64,000 nt of DNA, from assembly GCA_045611765.1 (NCBI GenBank), contig JAZKXT010000006.1, positions 32,203 through 96,202 of the forward strand. The letters are read 5' to 3'. Under the pieces are notes generated by a model, which saw only the letters and a program-made list of their open reading frames with translations, made no database searches and was not told where the DNA came from. Position numbers and translations under genes: made by a program. Origin of the DNA: Clostridia bacterium. Its GTDB lineage: Bacteria > Bacillota > Clostridia > TANB77 > CAG-465. Numbering within the stretch: the first letter of the stretch is position 1; each line of letters starts with the position of its first letter. This document shows positions 50,519 to 59,494 of this stretch, piece by piece.

Positions 50519-51839
50519 TATTATCTCCTTTCACAAACTTGCATATGTAATCGTAACCTTTAGTTCCTATAATTTCCACGTTACACCATTCGCCTACAAC
50601 TACATTTGCTATACTCGTTTTATTTATTTTAAGTAACATTTTAGGGTCTACATCCGGTGCATCCATATACGATCTACAAACAAAATACTTTTCGCTTTCA
50701 TCTACGTCAGTAACTAGCACCTCTATTTTTCTTCCAATATTTGATGTCATAAATTCATTTACAACCTTTTGTTGTTCTTGCATAAGAGTTTTGTATCTTG
50801 CCTTTTTAACTTTTTCTAGAACATCACCTGGCATTGTTTCGGCAACGGTATCATCCTCTTTAGAAAAAGTAAACGCCCCTATTCTTTCAAACTTCAAGTC
50901 GCGAACAGCCTCTATAAGCTCATTATAATCTTCTGTCGTTTCCCCTTGATACCCTACCATAAACGTGGTTCTAAGAACTGCTTCGGGTATTTCGTTACGG
51001 ATTTTTTCTACAAGATCATATACTTCCTTTTTATTTGTATGTCTATTCATAGCCTTTAACATTTTATCTGAAATATGTTGTAAAGGTATGTCGAAATATT
51101 TGCAAAGTTTTGGATTTGTTTTAAATTCATGAATAAGTTCATCTGTAATCTTACCCGGATACATATATAGTACTCTAATCCATTTTAATTTGTCTAACTT
51201 AGATAGCTCCTGAATCAGCTTATATAACATAGGCTTTCCATATAAGTCTAAACCATATGATGTTGTGTCTTGAGCTATTACAACAAGTTCTCGGATACCT
51301 TTGTTTACTAAAAACTTTGCTTCATCTACTATGTCTTCTATTTTTCTAGATTTAAGTTTTCCTCTAATTAATGGGATTGCACAATAATGGCAATTATTAT
51401 TACATCCATCTGAAATTCTTAAATATGCTGTTGGGAATACGCTTGATACAATTCTATCTTTGAACTCTAACTTTGTTTTTATCTCTTTACTAAAATACTT
51501 AGAAAAAATCTTATCTATATTATTATACTCGTCTACACCAATTACTAAATCTACTTCCGGAAATTCTTTTTGGATTTCAGATTTATACCTTTTGGCTAGA
51601 CAACCTGCAACAATTAAATGTTTACATTTTCCTACCTTTTTATACTCAGCCATATCTAAAATGGTATCTATAGCCTCTTGTTTTGCAGATTTTATAAAGC
51701 CACATGTATTTACCATAATGCACTCAGCTTCATTTAGATTTGTCTCTAACTCAAATCCAATGTTTTTCAAAAAGCCTAGCAACATTTCGCTATCTACTTC
51801 ATTTTTTGCACAACCAAGTGTAACTAAACTAACTTTCAT
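50511..51839 (-). CDS. rimO: Ribosomal protein S12 methylthiotransferase RimO (MiaB-family radical SAM MTTase)
   Basis: MKVSLVTLGCAKNEVDSE N-terminal MTTase domain, radical SAM CNNNCHYC, C-terminal TRAM. Start at 51839 follows GGAGG. Confidence 0.75.
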   Translation of the reverse strand: MKVSLVTLGCAKNEVDSEMLLGFLKNIGFELETNLNEAECIMVNTCGFIKSAKQEAIDTILDMAEYKKVGKCKHLIVAGCLAKRYKSEIQKEFPEVDLVIGVDEYNNIDKIFSKYFSKEIKTKLEFKDRIVSSVFPTAYLRISDGCNNNCHYCAIPLIRGKLKSRKIEDIVDEAKFLVNKGIRELVVIAQDTTSYGLDLYGKPMLYKLIQELSKLDKLKWIRVLYMYPGKITDELIHEFKTNPKLCKYFDIPLQHISDKMLKAMNRHTNKKEVYDLVEKIRNEIPEAVLRTTFMVGYQGETTEDYNELIEAVRDLKFERIGAFTFSKEDDTVAETMPGDVLEKVKKARYKTLMQEQQKVVNEFMTSNIGRKIEVLVTDVDESEKYFVCRSYMDAPDVDPKMLLKINKTSIANVVVGEWCNVEIIGTKGYDYICKFVKGDNNV

Positions 51840-51969
51840 AGTTTTTGCCTCCAAATTAATTATACCATAAATTGTAATAAATACAAATATTTTTACATGT
51901 TTTCCTGTTAGCACCTGCTAAAAAATAGAAGTTGGTTTATTACCAACTTCCTGTTATATCGATGTTATA

Positions 51970-53757
51970 TTAATGATTTAATTGTTCCTTTATTTCATTT
52001 TCAAGTTTTGCAATAACTTCATCGACTGTTAAAGTTCCTACTTTTTCTCCGCCGCGAGCAGTTAATGCAAGCGTTGACTCATTCATTTCATTGTCGCCTA
52101 TTACTGCAAAATATGGAACTTTTTCAAGTCTTGCTTCTCTTATCTTGTAACCTATTTTTTCGTTAGAACTATCTACTTCTACTCTAAATCCCGCTTGTTC
52201 TAGTTTTGCTTTAACTTCATTTGCATATTCAATATGCGCATCAGATATAGTCAACAATTTTATTTGAGTCGGCGCAATCCAAAGCGGTAATGCTCCTGCA
52301 TATTTTTCAATAATTAACGCGAGCGTTCTTTCATAGCATCCAATTGAAGTTCTGTGAATAATATATGGATTCTTTTTAGCGCCATCACGGTCTACATATT
52401 CCATACCAAATTTTTCAGATAGCATTTGGTCGATTTGGATAGTAATTAACGTGTCTTCTTTACCAAATACGTTCTTTATTTGTATATCTAGTTTTGGCCC
52501 GTAGAATGCAGCTTCTCCTACACCTTCTTTGTAATCAATACCGAGGTTATCTAGTATTTTTTTCATAACTCCTTGAGCCTCATCCCATTGTTCAACTGTC
52601 CCAATATATTTCTCTCTATTGTCTGGATCCCATTTAGAGAACCTATACGATACATCTTCATATAACCCTAAACACTTTAACATATATATTGCAAGTTCCA
52701 AGCAGTGTTTGAATTCGCCTTCAAGCTGATCTGGGGTACACATTAAATGTCCTTCAGATATTGTAAATTGTCTTACACGGATAAGTCCATGCATTTCTCC
52801 TGAAGCTTCGTTTCTAAACAAAGTAGACGTTTCATTAAGGCGCATTGGAAGGTCTCTATAGCTTCTTCCTCTATTTAAAAATACTTGGTATTGGAATGGG
52901 CAAGTCATCGGACGAAGCGCAAATACTTCATCGTCTTTTTCCTCATCTCCTAATACAAACATTCCATCTTTATAATGATCCCAGTGGCCAGAGATTTTGT
53001 ATAGGTCAGATTTAGCCATAAATGGAGTTTTAGTTAACTGCCAACCATGTTTAGCTTCTGTATCTTCAACAAATCTTTGAAGAAGTTGTATTACTTTAGC
53101 CCCCTTTGGAAGCATAATTGGTAAGCCTTGGCCAATATAATCTACAGTTGTGAAAAATTCCATTTCTCTACCAAGTTTATTGTGGTCACGACGTTTAGCA
53201 TCTTCCTGTTTTTCTATATATTCCGTTACTTCTTGCTCTGTTGCAAAACATGTGCCATATATTCTAGTTAGCATTTTGTTCTTCTCAGAGCCCCTCCAAT
53301 ATGCGCCTGTTACAGACATAAGTTTCACCGCTCCTACGTCTTTTACATTTAATAAGTGTGGTCCTCTACACATATCTGTAAACGGCCCGTTTTCATAGAA
53401 AGTAATTCGTGCTCCTTCTTCTAGTTCTTCTATTAATTCTAATTTGTATGGTTCGTCTTGCATTTTTTCCAATGCTTCATCTTTTGAAAGTTCATACACT
53501 TTCATCTCCTGCCCTTGAGAAATAATATTTTTCATTATATTTTCTATTTTCTTTAAATTCTCTGCAGTAATGCTTAGATTGTCGAAATCATAATAGAAGC
53601 CATTTTCTGTAGAAGGTCCTATTGCAAGTTTTACGTCAGGATACACTTTCTTTATAGCTTGTGCTAATACGTGTGATGCTGTGTGCCTAGCAACAGCAAT
53701 GTTTTCATTGTAATCTGCTTCTATTATACTGCCATCATTATTTAATACTTTTATCAT
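51970..53757 (-). CDS. thrS: Threonine--tRNA ligase (lacks most of the N-terminal TGS domain)
   Basis: RHTASHVLAQA, class II motifs, anticodon-binding C-terminus. Start at 53757 follows GGAGGG. About 595 aa. Confidence 0.85.
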   Translation of the reverse strand: MIKVLNNDGSIIEADYNENIAVARHTASHVLAQAIKKVYPDVKLAIGPSTENGFYYDFDNLSITAENLKKIENIMKNIISQGQEMKVYELSKDEALEKMQDEPYKLELIEELEEGARITFYENGPFTDMCRGPHLLNVKDVGAVKLMSVTGAYWRGSEKNKMLTRIYGTCFATEQEVTEYIEKQEDAKRRDHNKLGREMEFFTTVDYIGQGLPIMLPKGAKVIQLLQRFVEDTEAKHGWQLTKTPFMAKSDLYKISGHWDHYKDGMFVLGDEEKDDEVFALRPMTCPFQYQVFLNRGRSYRDLPMRLNETSTLFRNEASGEMHGLIRVRQFTISEGHLMCTPDQLEGEFKHCLELAIYMLKCLGLYEDVSYRFSKWDPDNREKYIGTVEQWDEAQGVMKKILDNLGIDYKEGVGEAAFYGPKLDIQIKNVFGKEDTLITIQIDQMLSEKFGMEYVDRDGAKKNPYIIHRTSIGCYERTLALIIEKYAGALPLWIAPTQIKLLTISDAHIEYANEVKAKLEQAGFRVEVDSSNEKIGYKIREARLEKVPYFAVIGDNEMNESTLALTARGGEKVGTLTVDEVIAKLENEIKEQLNH

Positions 53758-53794
53758 GTAAATCCCTCCTTCGCTTATGATAATAAGTAAATAC

Positions 53795-54040
53795 GAATGC
53801 ACCCCTATAGGCACATTACCTACAGGGGTGCAAATTATATCTATTTACACGGTTCCACCCTATATTTTACTTAATTCACGATTTTACGAAATCAACGGTA
53901 GCTTTCACTACAAGCTCAGGGGTAGTCTTCAAAATGTCAACCTTCAAAAGCAGCTTTCAGCCACGACTGCTTCTCTCTGTTGTGTACGACAAATCTACTC
54001 GTCCCTTCAACGCTTACACATATATTATACTACTTAATAC
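53795..54040 (-). promoter_or_regulatory. T-box riboswitch leader of thrS
   Basis: Minus-strand T-box motif AATATAGGGTGGAACCGTG, then terminator GCACCCCTGTAGG...CCTATAGGGGTGC plus U-run, directly upstream of the thrS RBS. Confidence 0.8.
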
Positions 54041-54047
54041 AAAAAAA

Positions 54048-55055
54048 TTAAATAGTTTTATCTATATTTTCTTTAATTTGTAATATTTTTTCTTCGTCTA
54101 CTCCTGTTATTTCGTTTATAAGAGAAACATCCAGGCCTTTCTTTAGCATATTTACTATGTGGCTATATTGTGTTTCCTCTTTTCCTTGTTCTTTTCCTAC
54201 CGCTACTCCCTGTTCTATGCCTCTGTCCAAGCCTTGTTGTATGCCTTGTTGTATGCCTTGTTGTATGCCTCGTTCTATACCTTGTTCAATTCCTTGTTCA
54301 ATTCCTTGTTCAATTCCCTTTTGAATGCCTTCATTTAACCCTTTATGAAAAGTGTTATACTTTACGCTAGCCATATCTCTTAAAAATCGTTCTTTACCAG
54401 CTTCCGTATATTTTTCAGCTTCTATTGCGACCAATCTATCGAATTCGTCCATAGCCTTTGAAATGCTTTCATTAAAATCTTTTGCCATGTTCATCCACTC
54501 CTTATTTTGATCGTCAATAAACGCCAACCATTGATTTAACTTGTCCCTCATATCCGGGTTAGATTTTCTAAACTTAGGTAATTCTATATAATGAAATCTA
54601 AGTTCGTTTATTATTACATCTCTCCTATTAAGTTCATCTACTATAACGGTACTTGTTTTGTAATGCTCACTTTTTAAGAAATTGAAATCTGTAATGTATA
54701 TTATTTCTACAGGTTTAAGTTCATCATAAGCTTCACCTATTTGCAACTGCTCGGATAAGAGTTTTCCAGCATAGAAAACCGTTCTTTTTATGTGATTAAC
54801 TTCATCCCATCGTTGCATTTCAACATCAATCTTGCTACCATCTTTAAGTGTTACTTCAATATCTAGCATTCCATATTTATTGTTTTCTCTTTCTTGTAAC
54901 AACATTTTCTCGATTTGAACAGTGGCAGATATTACCTCTCTTCCTATTATGGCTGAAATGAAATCACATAAAATATCTTCATTTCCTTTGGTTGTAAAAA
55001 GCTTCTTGAATAAATAGTCATTTTTGGGCGACAATCTGTTTGTGTTTATTTCCAA
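54048..55055 (-). CDS. Rpn/YhgA-like PD-(D/E)XK nuclease family protein (recombination-promoting nuclease / putative transposase) with a C-terminal G-I-[EQ]-Q-G repeat tract
   Basis: N-terminus LSPKNDYLFKKLFTTKGNEDILCDFISAII is typical of the family. C-terminal repeats GIEQGIEQGIEQGIERGIQQGIQQGIQQG. Confidence 0.6.
   Translation of the reverse strand: MEINTNRLSPKNDYLFKKLFTTKGNEDILCDFISAIIGREVISATVQIEKMLLQERENNKYGMLDIEVTLKDGSKIDVEMQRWDEVNHIKRTVFYAGKLLSEQLQIGEAYDELKPVEIIYITDFNFLKSEHYKTSTVIVDELNRRDVIINELRFHYIELPKFRKSNPDMRDKLNQWLAFIDDQNKEWMNMAKDFNESISKAMDEFDRLVAIEAEKYTEAGKERFLRDMASVKYNTFHKGLNEGIQKGIEQGIEQGIEQGIERGIQQGIQQGIQQGLDRGIEQGVAVGKEQGKEETQYSHIVNMLKKGLDVSLINEITGVDEEKILQIKENIDKTI
54185..54310. 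repeat. Tandem 12-bp repeats (3 x CCTTGTTGTATG, 3 x CCTTGTTCAATT plus variants) inside the Rpn-like CDS
   Basis: Directly visible periodicity encoding the GIEQ/GIQQ tetrapeptide repeats. Confidence 0.85.
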
Positions 55056-55338
55056 TCTTATACCTCCATTTTAACACATTATTGGAAGCGCTTCAATATT
55101 TTTTGTTACTTTTCTAGAAAAAATTGTAATTCTTTACAGATAAAAAATTTAAATAAAATTCTTAGATTTAATTTTTCAGATAGAATCATTGGTTTGCATG
55201 CTAAAACCACACACGTTTCGTGTGTGGCATCATTATACAATCATATATAATATTTGACAAGCAAAAAACAATATTTTTTTACTCATAACTTTGTAAACAT
55301 ACACTCTCTAGCAACACATTCATCGCATAAATCGACAA

Positions 55339-56193
55339 TTAGAGCTCTATAGTACTGCTCAACACTTGATAAAACTCGTTATTTTCTCTTAATTCTAAAA
55401 CACTGTATGTAACATCATTTCCTGTAGTTTCTTGAAGTATTATTTCAGGTTTTGTGTCATTATTTAGGTCCATTATAAATTTCAAGGAGTATACTGGCCA
55501 TCTATCCGCGTCATTCGTATCCCTAACGTAGGCGTATTTCACTAAATGCGCACGCCCCGCTGTAACATATACAACCGCGCTATATACGCCCAGTAGATTC
55601 GCCTTGTTGCTTGTAGCGCATATAATTTTATCCGTTACATTGTTTATGTTCGTACCATAAACTTCCGTAACTTTAACCGAACCGTTTATTAAATCGTAAG
55701 AGCCTATAGCATCTTGGACATATTTTTCATCTTCGCTCGTCGCCTCTATCTTAGACATACCCGGAAGAACTGTTGAGCTATCTGATGCACTAATTGCTAA
55801 ATAATTGCTTGGCAAACCTTCTTTAGCAATAGTTGTATAAATTACCGATTTACCATATCTTTTTAAGCTAGCTGTTTTATATGTTCCATACTTAGCATTT
55901 TCAGCAAACAAATCTATTTCGATTGCTGTTTTATCACTACTCGCATTATAGAATTTTTCTGCAGAAACCCATTTGTTGCCGTTAACACCGCCAAGTACAA
56001 TTCCATTTACTATTATAACATTAGAATTTGCCGCCTCAAATTTTGTTACATTATCCGCTGCGTTATCTACATTTTCAATAGTAATATAATTTCCGCTTAA
56101 CGTATACCATACAAACATACCGCAGGCCACTATAACTAGCATAAAAAATATAGTCAAAAGCGGTAATACTATTCTCCTTTTATTCTTTTTCAC
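55339..56193 (-). CDS. Hypothetical membrane-anchored extracytoplasmic protein
   Basis: N-terminal TM followed by a 250-aa Gly/Asn/Thr/Val-rich domain. Confidence 0.4.
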   Translation of the reverse strand: MKKNKRRIVLPLLTIFFMLVIVACGMFVWYTLSGNYITIENVDNAADNVTKFEAANSNVIIVNGIVLGGVNGNKWVSAEKFYNASSDKTAIEIDLFAENAKYGTYKTASLKRYGKSVIYTTIAKEGLPSNYLAISASDSSTVLPGMSKIEATSEDEKYVQDAIGSYDLINGSVKVTEVYGTNINNVTDKIICATSNKANLLGVYSAVVYVTAGRAHLVKYAYVRDTNDADRWPVYSLKFIMDLNNDTKPEIILQETTGNDVTYSVLELRENNEFYQVLSSTIEL

Positions 56194-56762
56194 TTTTTCT
56201 TTCCTCCTTCGTCAATAGAAAAGATACAGCCACAATATTTTTGTCTATACAGTTCTAAATCTCGGGCTCTATGTTGGCCGTCCCAAAACATCGGCCTGAA
56301 ATCTTTATACATAAATTTAACGTCATACTTATCTGCTAGCCTCTCGCAAACCTCACAAATAATCTCGTGCTTTTGATATGGGCTAATTAAAAGGGTTGTG
56401 GTAACTGCTGTATAACCATTGTTCCTAGCATATTCAAAAACCCTTTCAAGACGAGAAGTATAACAATACTCACATCTTAATCTAAAACCATTTTCTTGAA
56501 AGCTTAATGCTTGTTTGGTCCAATCTAACAAATTGTATTCATCTATAAATATTCCTTGTTTGTTTTTAATGGTTAAAAACTGCTTTAATGTTTCTTTTCT
56601 TTGTTCGTATTCATATTTTGGGTGTATGTTTATGTTGTACCATATGACATCCATGTCCTCTATGTCATCTAGGTTGTATTCAATATAATTTTTCTCTATA
56701 TCCTCATACACCGCAACCAGACAAGGCCCACAACAAGCGTGAACTAATAACTTATCCTTCAT
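56190..56762 (-). CDS. queH: Epoxyqueuosine reductase QueH (DUF208)
   Basis: [10 protein letters not shown] motif and further conserved Cys, about 190 aa. Overlaps the ruvB 3' end. Confidence 0.7.
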   Translation of the reverse strand: MKDKLLVHACCGPCLVAVYEDIEKNYIEYNLDDIEDMDVIWYNINIHPKYEYEQRKETLKQFLTIKNKQGIFIDEYNLLDWTKQALSFQENGFRLRCEYCYTSRLERVFEYARNNGYTAVTTTLLISPYQKHEIICEVCERLADKYDVKFMYKDFRPMFWDGQHRARDLELYRQKYCGCIFSIDEGGKKK

Positions 56763-57756
56763 ACGGCACCCCCATATGTTGATATGCAAGACGTGTAAGC
56801 ATTCTGCCTCTAGGCGTTCTATTTACAAAACCAATTTGCATAAGATAAGGTTCATATACATCCTCTATTGTGTCTTTATCTTCTCCAATGGCTGCAGCTA
56901 AGGCCTCAAGTCCCACTGCTTTACCGTTAAATTTAGTTATCATAGTATCTAACAGTTTTCTATCTATGTCATCTAATCCATATTCATCAATTTCTAACGT
57001 GTCCAAAGTTTGCTTTGTAATGTTATAGTCTATATTAGACATATCTTGAACCTCTGCAAAGTCCCTTACTCTCTTTAAAAGCCTATTAGCTATTCTAGGA
57101 GTACCTCTGCTTCTAGAACCGATTTCTTCCGCTGCTTCTTTAGATATTGGTATTTCCAGTATATTAGCACTTCTTGTTACAATTGTTGCAAGTTCCTCTA
57201 CAGAGTATAAGTTTAATCTGTGTATTATTCCAAATCTATCTCTTAAAGGACCAGATAACGAACCAGCTTTAGTAGTAGCTCCGACCAAAGTAAACTTAGG
57301 AAGGTCTATTCTAATGCTTCTAGCAGATGGTCCTTTTCCTATCATTATATCTAAATTGCAATCTTCTAAGGCTGGATAAAGTACTTCTTCAACACTCTTT
57401 TTAAGTCTGTGTATTTCATCTATAAAAAGCAAATCGTTTTCTTCAAGATTTGTAAGTATTGCAGCCAAATCTCCCGGCTTTTCTATGGCAGGACCTGATG
57501 TTATTTTTATATTTACTCCAAGTTCTGACGCGATAATATTTGCAAGGGTGGTTTTTCCCAGTCCCGGCGGTCCATATAACAAAACATGGTCTAAAGCTTC
57601 TTTGCGTTTTAAAGCAGCTTTAATATATATTTTCATATTTTCTTTTACCTTTGTTTGCCCAATATATTCTTCAAAGTTGTGTGGTCTTAAAGACACTTCA
57701 ATTTTAGAATCTTCTTCTAAATCATATTCTGGCATTATTACTCTGTCTTCTGTCAT
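56752..57756 (-). CDS. ruvB: Holliday junction branch migration ATPase RuvB
   Basis: [18 protein letters not shown] Walker A, 334 aa. Confidence 0.95.
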   Translation of the reverse strand: MTEDRVIMPEYDLEEDSKIEVSLRPHNFEEYIGQTKVKENMKIYIKAALKRKEALDHVLLYGPPGLGKTTLANIIASELGVNIKITSGPAIEKPGDLAAILTNLEENDLLFIDEIHRLKKSVEEVLYPALEDCNLDIMIGKGPSARSIRIDLPKFTLVGATTKAGSLSGPLRDRFGIIHRLNLYSVEELATIVTRSANILEIPISKEAAEEIGSRSRGTPRIANRLLKRVRDFAEVQDMSNIDYNITKQTLDTLEIDEYGLDDIDRKLLDTMITKFNGKAVGLEALAAAIGEDKDTIEDVYEPYLMQIGFVNRTPRGRMLTRLAYQHMGVPYEG

Positions 57757-57928
57757 ATTTACCTCTTTTCTTAATGAATTATATCAACAGCGCGTATAAA
57801 TTGCAAGTAGAAAATACAAATGTTTCATTTAGTATAAATCACTAATAATTTTTGTAACAAATTATTTAAATCTTCATAAGATGTAATATATACAATGAAA
57901 TATATTAATTGTATATGAAAGGAGTTCG

Positions 57929-58097
57929 CATGTGGGGTACTAATAATAATCAAAACAATTCATTTATTTGGCTTATTTTACTAATACTTATCTTCTTTAC
58001 TAATAGTTCATCAACACCAATTAGCCAAGCAAATTACTTTAAGCTTACAGATAATATTAATAACACTAACAATTTGCTAAACGGCTTCTTTAATTAA
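57929..58097 (+). CDS. Tiny transmembrane protein (Asn/Thr-rich termini flanking one hydrophobic helix)
   Basis: RBS AAAGGAG then ATG at 57929. MWGTNNNQNNSFIWLILLILIFFTNSS... Confidence 0.4.
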
Positions 58098-58112
58098 AAG
58101 GAGGAATTTAAA

Positions 58113-58259
58113 ATGATAGATGAAAGATGTGGATGCGGTTGTGGAAACTGCGGTGGAAACTGCGGAGGTAACTTCGGTGGAGGTTTCGGTGGCGGAAATT
58201 GTTGCTGCATTTGGATAATCCTTATAATAATCATATTAGTATGCTGCTGCGGATGCTAA
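58113..58259 (+). CDS. YjcZ-like tiny TM protein (Gly/Cys-rich termini, sporulation-associated family), not in the supplied ORF track
   Basis: RBS AAAGGAGG 8 nt upstream. MIDERCGCGCGNCGGNCGGNFGGGFGGGNCCCIWIILIIIILVCCCGC (48 aa). Terminator hairpin TAACCCGGG/CCCGGGTTA at 58291-58315. Confidence 0.55.
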   Translation: MIDERCGCGCGNCGGNCGGNFGGGFGGGNCCCIWIILIIIILVCCCGC

Positions 58260-58323
58260 TTAAAAACATAATACCCTTTAACACAATACTTAACCCGGGA
58301 TTTTAACCCGGGTTACATATTTA

Positions 58324-59271
58324 TTATTCCATTTTGTTTTCTGAACCTAGTACGTTTATAATTTTGTGTTTTACCATTTCTTTTACCGCTAAGCGCCCTT
58401 TTCCAAGATATGTTCTAGGATCAAATACATCTGGCATTTGTTCAAAACACTCACGAATGTTTGCTGTCATAGCCAAACGTATGTCTGAGTCTATATTTAT
58501 TTTACACACTCCGTATTTTGCTGCTTCTCTTAAAAGCTCTTCTGGCACTCCTTTTGCCCCAGGAATATTGCCACCATATTTATTACACATCTCAACAAAT
58601 TCTTGAGGTACAGATGACGCTCCGTGAAGTACAAGTGGAAATCCTGGTAATCTTTCAGTTATCTCTTTTAATATGTCTAGTCTCAATTTTGGTTCGCCTT
58701 TAAATTTATATGCTCCATGGCTAGTTCCTATAGCTATTGCTAAAGAATCGCAACCTGTAAGCTCTACAAACTTAACCGCTTCGTCTGGAGATGTGTACAT
58801 TGCATCACTTTTTGCAACATTTACATCATCTTCTATTCCTGCAAGTTTACCAAGCTCAGCTTCAACTACAACCCCTCTTGGATGAGCATATTCAACAACT
58901 TTACGAGTTAGCTCAACATTTTCTTCAAATGTATATTTTGAACCATCTATCATAACAGATGTAAAGCCCGAGTCAATACAATCTTTACATAGTTCAAATG
59001 TATCTCCATGATCTAGATGAAGTACCACATCTATGTCTTTTCCTTTTAATTTGGCATCTTCTATTCCAGCTTCCACAAGCTTTCTTAAATATATTGGATT
59101 AGCATACTTTCTTGCTCCGCTAGATACCTGTAATATTACTGGCGAATTAGTTTCAGTCGCTGCCTCCATAATTCCTTGTATTATTTCCATATTATTTACA
59201 TTAAAAGCGCCTATGGCATAACCACCTTCATATGCTTTTTTGAACATTTCCTTTGATGTTGTAAGTCCCAT
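58324..59271 (-). CDS. fba: Class II fructose-bisphosphate aldolase
   Basis: VILQVSSGARKY and HLDHG motifs, 315 aa. Confidence 0.9.
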   Translation of the reverse strand: MGLTTSKEMFKKAYEGGYAIGAFNVNNMEIIQGIMEAATETNSPVILQVSSGARKYANPIYLRKLVEAGIEDAKLKGKDIDVVLHLDHGDTFELCKDCIDSGFTSVMIDGSKYTFEENVELTRKVVEYAHPRGVVVEAELGKLAGIEDDVNVAKSDAMYTSPDEAVKFVELTGCDSLAIAIGTSHGAYKFKGEPKLRLDILKEITERLPGFPLVLHGASSVPQEFVEMCNKYGGNIPGAKGVPEELLREAAKYGVCKINIDSDIRLAMTANIRECFEQMPDVFDPRTYLGKGRLAVKEMVKHKIINVLGSENKME

Positions 59272-59494
59272 AAATTAACCTCCCAAATTTAAATATATAC
59301 TACTATATTTGCATATTTTTTTCAAGAGAAAAGTTTAGTTTTCTAAACTTACTTATTAATTATTTACAAGTAAAAGTTGTTATGTATATCTATTATCTTT
59401 TAGTAATATATTATGTATATGGAGGTAATTACAGTGCGGTATATGTGGATATATAAACAAACAAAATATAACTGAAGATAAATTAATTGTTAAT

